DNA of 24,759 nucleotides, from the IMG/VR virus record IMGVR_UViG_2537561689_000015. One strand, given 5' to 3'. Below, piece by piece: positions 1 to 7,506 of this stretch. Position numbers and translations under genes: made by a program. The notes below the pieces were generated by a model. It searched no databases. It saw nothing but the letters and a program-made list of their open reading frames with translations, and was not told the DNA's origin. Source of the DNA: a virus (taxonomy: Duplodnaviria; Heunggongvirae; Uroviricota; Caudoviricetes). Numbering within the stretch: position 1 is the first letter of the stretch; the number at the start of each line of letters is the position of its first letter.

Positions 1-1119
1 TCAAATAACCAACTTAACCCATTCCTGACCTCGAGTATCGTTATAGCGATCGGTGGTTGCCTGGACTTTATGTCCTAGTAATGTTTTTGTATCGATACCC
101 TGTGCACGGTACAGCCGTTCTGATAGAGAGCGTTGTTCATGAAATGTTGGCGGAGTTTTTCCTGCTGGTGGAATTATCCCAGCCAGATCCCGTGCTTTGG
201 CAAAGTAGTCGCTCAGGTTGTCTTTACTCATCGGCTTCGGTTGTTTCTGGTGCCGACTATGGATTAGATATGGACTTAATATTCTGTCTCGGCACCCATC
301 AATAACTTCTTTTAACGTTATCCCAATGGCATCACAGCGTAGTGTAAGCGGTAACGCCAGACGCATTCCGGTTTTTCCCTGGGTGATATGCAAGTGTTCG
401 TTCCACACATCTGAAAAACGCATGTGGCAAATGTCATCACGGCGCTGACCAGTAACAATCGCAAGAAGCATTGCGTTACGGATAAAGTGTTTTTCAGGCG
501 TTGCATTGTAAATTTTTTGCCAGTCTTCCATGGTGAGCCTGGCTCTGGTTACTTTAGGGATCGGTTTACGGGTAGCCTCCGGAGGATTCCATCCAGGAGG
601 AACTTCCCCTGCATGCTGTGCTTCTTTATAAATATCAACCCATAATCCACGATTTACTCTCGCTGTGCTGACCATGTCTTTATCCAGCCACTCATCCAGT
701 ATTAATGCAAAGTCTCTTACTTCCAGTTCTTTCAATGGGTGGTTTCCCAGACGGGAAACCAGGTATGCAGCCATTCGGGCTTTTTCTTTGTGAGTTGTAG
801 TTGCAATATCCCCATTTTTCAGTCGCGTGTCCTGTATTTTCAGATATCGATCAACCCATGCCTTTAATCTGATACCCCGACGTTTTGTTGCTGACGGACT
901 TTCATCAATTTTGCGCATGAAATATTCAGCTTCTGCTGCAGCTATTCGCTGATTGGCTGTGGAAGCGATTTTTTCTGCTTTGCCTTTGTCTGTTCCGAGA
1001 CCGTGAAATTTTCCAGTCACAGGGTTTTTATACTGGTAGTAAACCCTGCCAGTTCTGCGATCAAACTTTTCGTAAAGACCGGTTACGTCAGTGCTGTTTT
1101 TTCGTGGCCTCGGTGACAT
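1..1119 (-). CDS. int: Phage integrase (tyrosine recombinase)
   Basis: 372-aa ORF on the minus strand; its stop codon is at window positions 1-3. Terminal position in the prophage with an excisionase-like gene overlapping its start, and a C-terminal catalytic-type region (His/Arg/Tyr-containing) typical of lambda-type integrases. Assignment by resemblance and context. Confidence 0.9.
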   Translation of the reverse strand: MSPRPRKNSTDVTGLYEKFDRRTGRVYYQYKNPVTGKFHGLGTDKGKAEKIASTANQRIAAAEAEYFMRKIDESPSATKRRGIRLKAWVDRYLKIQDTRLKNGDIATTTHKEKARMAAYLVSRLGNHPLKELEVRDFALILDEWLDKDMVSTARVNRGLWVDIYKEAQHAGEVPPGWNPPEATRKPIPKVTRARLTMEDWQKIYNATPEKHFIRNAMLLAIVTGQRRDDICHMRFSDVWNEHLHITQGKTGMRLALPLTLRCDAIGITLKEVIDGCRDRILSPYLIHSRHQKQPKPMSKDNLSDYFAKARDLAGIIPPAGKTPPTFHEQRSLSERLYRAQGIDTKTLLGHKVQATTDRYNDTRGQEWVKLVI

Positions 1120-1357
1120 GAGTTAAAATCTCCTTCAGTGCATCATCATCGCCAGTATGAATTTCCGGCGCAATTCCCGTTTCACCAGGTCCAACAAATA
1201 CTGCCCGGCGATCTATCAGCCAACGCCCACGAATTTTTTGTGGTCTTGGAACGATGTATCCTAGTTTTCCGTATTTCACCAGGGTAGTGTTTGTTATTGG
1301 GAGACTGAACCGTTTTGGTTTCCACTCGTCGAGCGTTATCAGGTACTGTTCGCTCAT
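1088..1357 (-). CDS. xis: Excisionase-like small protein
   Basis: Start taken at the ATG at 1357, preceded by a GGAGTGA Shine-Dalgarno-like sequence (ORF track extends to 1366). Its 3' end overlaps the integrase start by about 30 bp, as xis and int do in lambda. Not similar to lambda Xis by eye, so the function is inferred from position. Confidence 0.55.
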   Translation of the reverse strand: MSEQYLITLDEWKPKRFSLPITNTTLVKYGKLGYIVPRPQKIRGRWLIDRRAVFVGPGETGIAPEIHTGDDDALKEILTHVTEATKKQH

Positions 1358-1418
1358 GGCTATCACTCCGGAACACGCCAGTTGCAGAATACCAACGACA
1401 ACTGGCGACGGTTGAACA

Positions 1419-3890
1419 TTAAAAATCAGCCTGACTCGGGATCAGTTTTTGCCAGATTGCTGAAACGTATTTTGCCTGGTAACGGGCGTCATCAAGTGCA
1501 TTATGGCGCTCACCTTCGAATGGAATAGCCGTTCTGGCATCGAAGTCTATGGCTTTCCCCAGCTCAACGATTGTGCGTACATCGCGATCGTTGTAGTAAC
1601 GCCACGGGCAGGGGATCCCCTGCCGTTCGTATGAACGGCGCAAAATCGTGTTGTCGAAGTTGGCTCCATTTCCCCAGACCTGAACAAAAAATTCGCCGGA
1701 GTTTTCGTCGATAAATTCCCGCAATTGTAACAGTGCATCATCTAACGGGATTTCATCGGTCATAATAGCAGATTGCGCTTCGCGTGATTGCTTAAGCCAC
1801 CATTTAATGGTGTCCCGATCAATGACTCCGCCAGCAGTTTCCAGATCGATAGTCTTACTAAATTCCGGTCCCATATCTCCGGTTTGCGGATCGAAAAATA
1901 TTGCACCTATTGAGATGATCGGGGCATCGGGATTTTTTCCCATGGTTTCAAGGTCGATCATTAGATGGTCACACGTCCTGCTGGTGGATGTGATAACGCG
2001 ATGACCGTTCACCGTAATTAAGGGATCTGCCGTCTCGCCAGTTTCACTATCGCTGGCGTGATCCTGAGCGCTGCCAGCATTCTCCTTGTGTGGATGTTCA
2101 GCGCCTTCCATTTTCTCCGAATCGTCTTCCTGAACTTCAACCTGGTTCTTGTCATCGAATGTTTCCTGGTATGTTGCGTCGCCCATCACCGCGCCACAAT
2201 CAGGGCAGTTGCCGCCGCCGGTCTGGCCGCAGGCGGTGCAGATCTTTTCCGGTTCCTGTTGCACTACTGGTTCAGGTTGTTTCGTTTCTTGCTCGTTTTG
2301 TAACGCATTTGGGCTGTTTTGTTCCGCTTTCTGGCCGTTCTGTTCCGTTTCTTGCTGGTTCTGGTTCACAGAATCGCGGGTTTCCATCCCCTTAACCCAT
2401 TTCGGATCATTCGGGTCGCTAATCCCTTCAATAAATTCACCACGTGATGCAGCAAGCAACTTATCGGCGTCAGGCTGGCTGATATTGGCTGCCTGCATAA
2501 TTTTGTTTACTTCGTCAGCGGTAACTTTTACCGGTTCTGGCTGTGCGGTCGTGTCAGATGCACCAGTATTTTGTTGTGAACCTGAGTATGTACTGTTTTT
2601 GCGGGCGAAATATTCTTCTTTCGTGATTTCAGTAGCCCCGGCAGCCAGCGCCTTATCCAGACCAGAAAGTTTGTTTGCGCGACCGTATTTTTCGCCATCC
2701 TTGTCGGTGAAGAGGAAGTAGAACGGCCCCTCACGCTCTACAGATGGTTCGACTTCCACTTTGCATTCGGTTTTTTCGTTGTCCGGAATTGCCGTTTCCA
2801 CTGCATCAGTTTCTGGTACTGGCGACGAGAGAGTATCAGTTGCGATCTGATTTGTTCCTTCATCTTCAAACACGCCCTTTGTAGTCAGGTATTCAGTAAT
2901 GTATTTGTTCAGTACCACAGGGTCTTTGTGAATGTCGATCGGACGCTCACGGACAAGGCCAAAAATAGTCTGGCGGTCGTAGCGAAGGGCATCAGGCTGT
3001 TTGCGTATTGATGCTGAGATACGCTTCCAGTCTTCGCGGTCGTTGTTGATAACTTCATTTTTTGCCCAGCGATGGATGCTGCCGTCAATGTTTCCGGCAT
3101 CAATGTCACCAGGCCACAGAGCGTAGGCCAGTTCATCATCCAGTGTTTTCCATGTCTGCTTATATTCGCGACGAATGACTGCAGTGACAGGGGGGATATT
3201 TTCTGCTGAGTTTTCAGTGTGCTGTCGGTTGACTCTGGCGCGGGCGAGATCAACAGCAGACGTGTATTTTCCAGTCTCTTTGCGCTCTGCGTCCTGCCGT
3301 TTTTTCCAGTTACGTAATTCAGCCTGAATTTCGGGCCATTTGGCACCCGGATTACATTTGTGTTTAACCCATCCGATAGCGAACAGTTTGCGTTCCGGAT
3401 ACATAGCGTTAATTTCAGGCGTTTTCATCAGTGCTTCAACGATATGCCCGTCAAAGGTAGCAACGTCTTCCTGCAGTAATTCCTGCGCGTCAATCGCCAT
3501 ATCAACGGTGATGTTTTCACATGTACCGAACTTAACCAGGACCGCGTTCTGTACTTCAAGGGACAGCTTGTCAAAATTGACGTTCATCGGATCGGATTCT
3601 GGTTCGACCGGAATAAAGGAAGCGGATTCCTCATCCCAGCGGTTTTCCTGCATATATTCAGCATCCCAGGAATCGAGGGCAGGGCGGGGTATACCGGGTT
3701 TATCCTCGCAAACAAGAAATTTATAAGCGCAGTCCTGAGCAGCCGGATAATGTTCCAGGAATTGCCAGTGAAATTTTGCGCGGGCGCGACGTTCATCACC
3801 GGCTTCAATGGCAGTGGCTACAGCGACGGCACCTTCTTCCTTTATTGCCTGTTCGTCCGGAATAGCGGCGCAAATAAAGACTTTACTCAT
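1419..3890 (-). CDS. Large exonuclease-family protein with C-terminal DnaQ-like DEDDh 3'-5' exonuclease domain
   Basis: 823-aa ORF. C-terminal region carries the three exonuclease motifs DLETMG, WGNGANFD and HNALDDARYQAKY. The central part has a CxxC...CPDC zinc-ribbon-like motif and a Q/E-rich low-complexity stretch. Confidence 0.85.
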   Translation of the reverse strand: MSKVFICAAIPDEQAIKEEGAVAVATAIEAGDERRARAKFHWQFLEHYPAAQDCAYKFLVCEDKPGIPRPALDSWDAEYMQENRWDEESASFIPVEPESDPMNVNFDKLSLEVQNAVLVKFGTCENITVDMAIDAQELLQEDVATFDGHIVEALMKTPEINAMYPERKLFAIGWVKHKCNPGAKWPEIQAELRNWKKRQDAERKETGKYTSAVDLARARVNRQHTENSAENIPPVTAVIRREYKQTWKTLDDELAYALWPGDIDAGNIDGSIHRWAKNEVINNDREDWKRISASIRKQPDALRYDRQTIFGLVRERPIDIHKDPVVLNKYITEYLTTKGVFEDEGTNQIATDTLSSPVPETDAVETAIPDNEKTECKVEVEPSVEREGPFYFLFTDKDGEKYGRANKLSGLDKALAAGATEITKEEYFARKNSTYSGSQQNTGASDTTAQPEPVKVTADEVNKIMQAANISQPDADKLLAASRGEFIEGISDPNDPKWVKGMETRDSVNQNQQETEQNGQKAEQNSPNALQNEQETKQPEPVVQQEPEKICTACGQTGGGNCPDCGAVMGDATYQETFDDKNQVEVQEDDSEKMEGAEHPHKENAGSAQDHASDSETGETADPLITVNGHRVITSTSRTCDHLMIDLETMGKNPDAPIISIGAIFFDPQTGDMGPEFSKTIDLETAGGVIDRDTIKWWLKQSREAQSAIMTDEIPLDDALLQLREFIDENSGEFFVQVWGNGANFDNTILRRSYERQGIPCPWRYYNDRDVRTIVELGKAIDFDARTAIPFEGERHNALDDARYQAKYVSAIWQKLIPSQADF

Positions 3891-3969
3891 GTTGTTTTAA
3901 CCTCATTACAGATTTAAGGGTGAACAAATCCCTGCCATTGCTGGCATATAAAATGAAACTGGATATTAA

Positions 3970-4173
3970 TTACGGCGCTGTTTTAAGTCCTGCCGGGATT
4001 TCGTTATTATCCATGTGAATAACTTTATCGACCGGATAGCAGTTACCGGGGATTTTTTGTTCTGCTGCGGCAGCCATGCATTCTTTCATTGAACCGTAAA
4101 TGTCAATAACCATGTCAACAGGCTCGCCAGTATTAAGAAAAACAGTCAGAGTGAGGGCAATAGCAGTATTCAT
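3970..4173 (-). CDS. Hypothetical small protein with N-terminal hydrophobic segment
   Basis: Start taken at the internal ATG at 4173, preceded by AAAGGA at good spacing (ORF track extends to 4227). Hydrophobic stretch AIALTLTVFL near the N-terminus. The start overlaps the stop of the upstream ORF as ATGA. Confidence 0.45.
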   Translation of the reverse strand: MNTAIALTLTVFLNTGEPVDMVIDIYGSMKECMAAAAEQKIPGNCYPVDKVIHMDNNEIPAGLKTAP

Positions 4174-4358
4174 TGCCAGTATCCTTTTTGCATCGGGCGT
4201 AAACGTGCCAGCATTGAAAGAATGCATATTTTATTTAATAGCTCCCGTTCGTATTTTCTCTTATTAATGGCATCTTCAGTAAATACTGGGTTACTGATAG
4301 TGACACCAATTTCAAAACAACCTTCAGACGTATTGACGTTTGGTAATAACGTTTCCAT
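4170..4358 (-). CDS. Hypothetical protein (62 aa)
   Basis: Start taken at the internal ATG at 4358, preceded by GAGGA (track ORF 4170..4454). Its stop overlaps the start of the downstream gene (ATGA), suggesting translational coupling. Confidence 0.4.
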   Translation of the reverse strand: METLLPNVNTSEGCFEIGVTISNPVFTEDAINKRKYERELLNKICILSMLARLRPMQKGYWQ

Positions 4359-4547
4359 TATCGCGTCCTCAACAATGAATTTTGTGATGCGGTGCCTGGT
4401 GCCTCCAGGTGACGTTAACCAGTTAATAATTAACGCCGGATACAGAGAACCCACCCATAAGAACCAATACGGAAGTCAACTGGCCTTTTTAACTGTTCCG
4501 CGTGCGCTGAGCCGCATTCACCGCATCACAAAATTCACTTTAAAAGG

Positions 4548-4584
4548 GGCGGGTATCATGGGAAAAACAAAACGGATACCCGCC
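4548..4584 (-). terminator. Perfect 10-bp-stem hairpin, candidate leftward terminator or RNA structure
   Basis: GGCGGGTATC and GATACCCGCC form a perfect inverted repeat around a 17-nt loop. On the minus strand it is followed by CCTTTTAAA, which is only a short T-run. Confidence 0.3.
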
Positions 4585-4924
4585 AAAAGGTAATCAACAT
4601 GGGTTGTTGCAGCGGGATTGTCACTCAGGCGTATGGTCAACCTGACAACCCGGTGGACATTTGCGAGGAACGGAGAACCCCCGCCATACTTACCGCCGCG
4701 CCATTTCGCGGAGTGCCACAACCGGAAGCGCACGGTCGACGAAAATTTAACGACAGGCTATCTATGAACCAGCAACCTCGCCGTGCGCTTTCGCGTTATG
4801 CTCTGACTTTTCAGAGAAATATCCTTTCAGTAAACTGTCAGTGCCGGATGCTCACCCGTGTCCGGCGCACACACTCCACCTCACCCGTGGAGAACTCCTT
4901 AATTACCAACCCTCAGGAGGGTGA

Positions 4925-5158
4925 ATGTTAAAATCAACGCTTATTGCTAAATGCCTTTATCAAAATCGCATGGTAAGCAGCATTTCAATAGGCGAGTCTG
5001 CAGTTAAAAGTATTTTCGAAGAGTACTTTCCCGGGCATGATTTTAATAAATGGAATACCAAATTACCGCCAGCAGTTTCAACGCGTATTCTGAAAGCAAC
5101 TGAAAGAGCAAGTACAATTCGCGTTAACTATTTCATTAAAGATTTGTGGGATCTTTGA
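4925..5158 (+). CDS. Hypothetical protein (77 aa) in an AT-rich segment
   Basis: ATG preceded by AGGAGGGTGA. The gene is AT-rich compared with its flanks and is convergent with the 135-aa gene, with 23 bp of 3' overlap. No recognisable motif. Confidence 0.5.
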   Translation: MLKSTLIAKCLYQNRMVSSISIGESAVKSIFEEYFPGHDFNKWNTKLPPAVSTRILKATERASTIRVNYFIKDLWDL

Positions 5159-5543
5159 TATCCACAGAGCCTAAAGTATGTGCATATGGATGTGCTATTG
5201 TGCGCCCTCGCAGATTTGCATCATTTTCTAAATTCACTGAACGAAACAGGGCATCAACAAGGCTCTGTACAATGCAAAGGCAATCGAAGACTGTCGCCGT
5301 TTCTGTTTTGATTGATGAAAGAACATGGCCATTCACGCAAACAGAAATTACCCGTTTATTAACATCGCTTTCCTGCTTTTGATTATCAGAACCATATAGC
5401 CCTGAAAAAGCATTGCGCACATTACGAACCATATTATCGATGGTTTCTTTTTTGGTGTATGCCGGGTCAATTTTCACCAGACTATCACCGAGTGTCGTTG
5501 CAGCAATTATCTGGATTTCTTTTGGTAAATCTTTAAATTCCAT
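5136..5543 (-). CDS. Hypothetical protein (135 aa)
   Basis: ATG preceded by ACGAGG. AT-rich, and the last gene of the leftward early gene chain. No recognisable motif. Confidence 0.6.
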   Translation of the reverse strand: MEFKDLPKEIQIIAATTLGDSLVKIDPAYTKKETIDNMVRNVRNAFSGLYGSDNQKQESDVNKRVISVCVNGHVLSSIKTETATVFDCLCIVQSLVDALFRSVNLENDANLRGRTIAHPYAHTLGSVDIKDPTNL

Positions 5544-5565
5544 TATTAGCCTCGTTGGTTAACCA

Positions 5566-5784
5566 TTAACGTGGGTATGTAATCATTCTGGCAATGCTTA
5601 ATGCCGCTGCTTTTTCCAGATTGGTGATATCCTGCTCCAGAGCGGACAGATTTTCAGCCTGCTTAGCCCTGGCTTCATTGGCCCATTTCAGGTCCTGCGC
5701 AGCCTTAATTTTCTGGTGCATCCACTCATAAAGTTCATCATCGGTATAGTCTGGCGCGATGATGACGGGTTCTCGTTTCTGCAT
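5566..5784 (-). CDS. Hypothetical coiled-coil protein (72 aa)
   Basis: ATG preceded by GCGAGGAA. Lies 22 bp upstream of the 135-aa gene on the same strand. Confidence 0.55.
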   Translation of the reverse strand: MQKREPVIIAPDYTDDELYEWMHQKIKAAQDLKWANEARAKQAENLSALEQDITNLEKAAALSIARMITYPR

Positions 5785-5813
5785 ACTGATTCCTCGCGGT
5801 GCTGCTTCGCTTA

Positions 5814-5942
5814 TCAGCCGTTAGATTTTGCCGGGCTGGAAAGCGCCTGTATAAACTCACTGAAGCTGAGAGTTTCTTCGCCTTTGGCAAGGCCTTCGAA
5901 GTATTCTTCGTAAGCCTTTTCCATGATTGTGTCGAAATCCAT
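5814..5942 (-). CDS. Hypothetical acidic mini-protein (42 aa)
   Basis: Not in the ORF track because it is under 60 aa. Hand translation gives MDFDTIMEKAYEEYFEGLAKGEETLSFSEFIQALSSPAKSNG. Preceded by GGTGAG, and it begins one codon after the stop of the upstream 55-aa ORF. Confidence 0.4.
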   Translation of the reverse strand: MDFDTIMEKAYEEYFEGLAKGEETLSFSEFIQALSSPAKSNG

Positions 5943-5943
5943 A

Positions 5944-6109
5944 TCACTCACCTGAGTTTCTTTCCAGCCAGCGACGGGCACCATTTTCGGTTTTAAACGT
6001 TTTGCTTTTGGTATACGTCATCGCGGTGAACGTGCCGTCCTGGTTGGGAAACACGCCGTACACCAGAGATTCGTTGTTACCAAGATCGATAGTATCCATG
6101 TTGACCTCA
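5944..6109 (-). CDS. Hypothetical protein (55 aa), first gene of the leftward early operon
   Basis: Start taken at the internal ATG at 6109, preceded by GAGG. The track start at 6204 would lie inside the predicted pL promoter and operator, so it was rejected. Confidence 0.45.
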
Positions 6110-6175
6110 TTTCCCCTTAACGCCGGGTAGCGGAACTGTTTGCTGAGAACACCGTGCGGTGTCTTGATGGGTGGT

Positions 6176-6228
6176 AATTTAGTTTTCTCATGAGTGTTGG
6201 TCAAGTGCTTTTAATGAGAAAACTCAAT
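6176..6228 (-). promoter_or_regulatory. Predicted leftward early promoter (pL-like) with operator repeats (OL)
   Basis: On the minus strand: TTGACC (plus 6199-6204), a 17-bp spacer, then TAAATT (plus 6176-6181). Operator-like TGAGAAAACT(C/A)AA copies lie at about 6178-6191 (minus orientation) and 6215-6227 (plus orientation); the first sits in the promoter spacer. Confidence 0.5.
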
Positions 6229-6288
6229 ATTTAATGCAAAATAAAGCCAATACATTGAAATGTAAGGCTTTAAAATTTGTGAAGGGGA

Positions 6289-6696
6289 TTACTGATGTTT
6301 GTTACGTTTGCGAGCTTCTAGTAGCTCGGTGAATAGGCGATTAAAATTCTCAACGCGGGCACGGAGTTCGCTGATTTGTGCTTGCTGCTCTGATTTTGGA
6401 AGTGCGCGATACAATCGCAACATCTCCAACTCATCTTCCGATAAGTCTAAGGCGCTGTTGAGTGCAACTGGTGGATCTGGTGTTTTATCCTCGTCACCAA
6501 ACAGTATCCAAGTTGGTGAACATTGCAATACCTCAGCCAGGCGATGCAAATTTTGCCCACGCGGGGCTGTATGGTCGCTTTCCCATAGTGAAATTGATGA
6601 GCCAGATACGCCAGCGGCTTTGCTTAAATCGTTTTGACTTAAACCAACCTGTTTGCGTCTTTCTCTAATTCGTTGACCTAAAGTTTTCTCGTTCAT
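6289..6696 (-). CDS. Prophage repressor, XRE/cI-type helix-turn-helix, without a peptidase domain
   Basis: 135 aa. N-terminal HTH region (QRIRERRKQVGLSQNDLSKAAGVSGSSISLWE) followed by a helical C-terminus. Too short to carry a LexA/S24 autocleavage domain. Divergent from the Cro-like gene. No Shine-Dalgarno sequence before its ATG, so it may be leaderless. Confidence 0.85.
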   Translation of the reverse strand: MNEKTLGQRIRERRKQVGLSQNDLSKAAGVSGSSISLWESDHTAPRGQNLHRLAEVLQCSPTWILFGDEDKTPDPPVALNSALDLSEDELEMLRLYRALPKSEQQAQISELRARVENFNRLFTELLEARKRNKHQ

Positions 6697-6714
6697 ATTT
6701 AGATATCTTAATAA

Positions 6715-6761
6715 CCCTTGACTTGAGATTCCTTGAGTGATTACTATTGAGAAAACTCAAT
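6715..6761 (+). promoter_or_regulatory. Predicted rightward early promoter (pR-like) with operator repeats (OR)
   Basis: TTGACT at 6718-6723, an 18-bp spacer, then TACTAT at 6742-6747. Operator TTGAGAAAACTCAA at 6747-6760 overlaps the -10 and start region. Further TTGAG half-sites at 6723 and 6733. Confidence 0.5.
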
Positions 6762-6773
6762 TTTGGAGGGGTG

Positions 6774-7001
6774 ATGTTTAAATCAGACGTAATTAATTTT
6801 TATGGGACGAAAGCCAAAGTAGCGAAAGCTGCTGGTGTTGATCCATCTGCTGTTTCTCAATGGGGGGAACTGGTTCCTGAAGGTCGCGCGATGCGCCTGC
6901 AAGAGGCATCCGACGGGGAACTTCAGTACGACCCCAAAGTTTATGACGAATATCGTAAGGCAAAGCGGGCGGGGCGGTTGAACAATGAAAATCACCCCTG
7001 A
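6774..7001 (+). CDS. Cro-like small DNA-binding regulator (YdaS-like family)
   Basis: Start taken at the ATG at 6774, preceded by GGAGGGG (the track start at 6747 is a TTG inside the promoter). HTH-like segment with the VSQW motif common to Cro/YdaS-type proteins. Divergent from the repressor. Confidence 0.7.
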   Translation: MFKSDVINFYGTKAKVAKAAGVDPSAVSQWGELVPEGRAMRLQEASDGELQYDPKVYDEYRKAKRAGRLNNENHP

Positions 7002-7506
7002 ACAGGTTTGTGAGGCTCTGGATGCCTGGGTATGTCGACCAGGAATGACACAGGAGCAGGCGACGATATTAATCACGGAAGCATTCTGGGCTCTGAAAGA
7101 ACGCCCGAACATCGATGTTCAACGCGTCACGTTTAATGATGGCGAGGTTGATCAACGGGCGCTGGGCGTTAACCGGGTGAAGATATTCGAACGCTGGAAA
7201 GCTATCGACACCAGGGATAAGCGGAAAAAATTCACGGCGCTGATTCCGGCAATTATGGAGGCTATCCGGATTAATGATTTCAGGTTGTATCGTGAAATTA
7301 CTGACGGAAAAAGCATTACGTACATGATCGCCGGGTTAAATAAAGAATATGGCGATGTGGTGGAATCCGGACTGCTTTTTGCAGATCCAGCTGTAGTGGA
7401 TCGTGAAACTGACGAACTTATAGAAAAAGCAATTGCTTTCAAGCTTGCGTATCGACAGCAATACCAACAAAAAGCTGGATGGAATTATGAGTCTTCTTTT
7501 TGCTGA
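6985..7506 (+). CDS. YdaT-like protein (proposed CII-type regulator family)
   Basis: 173 aa, immediately after the Cro-like gene and before the O-like gene, the position YdaT occupies in Rac-type prophages. Overlaps both neighbours. Assignment by position and general resemblance, not a verified alignment. Confidence 0.7.
   Translation: MKITPEQVCEALDAWVCRPGMTQEQATILITEAFWALKERPNIDVQRVTFNDGEVDQRALGVNRVKIFERWKAIDTRDKRKKFTALIPAIMEAIRINDFRLYREITDGKSITYMIAGLNKEYGDVVESGLLFADPAVVDRETDELIEKAIAFKLAYRQQYQQKAGWNYESSFC

Noticed and set aside
1-60. Prophage attachment site (attL) next to the integrase
   Set aside because: The integrase stop codon is at positions 1-3, so the att core and host junction lie outside the window and cannot be assessed.
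1547-3808. Several ORFs of 60-190 aa on both strands inside the exonuclease gene (for example 2149..2721 plus, 2909..3346 minus, 3340..3726 plus)
   Set aside because: They lie wholly within, and mostly antisense to, an 823-aa gene with clear exonuclease motifs, and have no ribosome-binding sites. Judged to be chance open frames.
4222-4593. 123-aa plus-strand ORF
   Set aside because: It runs antisense across two better-supported minus-strand ORFs and has no start signal. Only its last 11 codons, with their own Shine-Dalgarno sequence and hairpin, are noted in a finding.
5944-6204. Full-length 86-aa version of the first leftward ORF
   Set aside because: The upstream ATG at 6204 lies inside the predicted pL -35 and operator, so a transcript from pL could not include it. 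The internal ATG at 6109 with a GAGG Shine-Dalgarno sequence was preferred.
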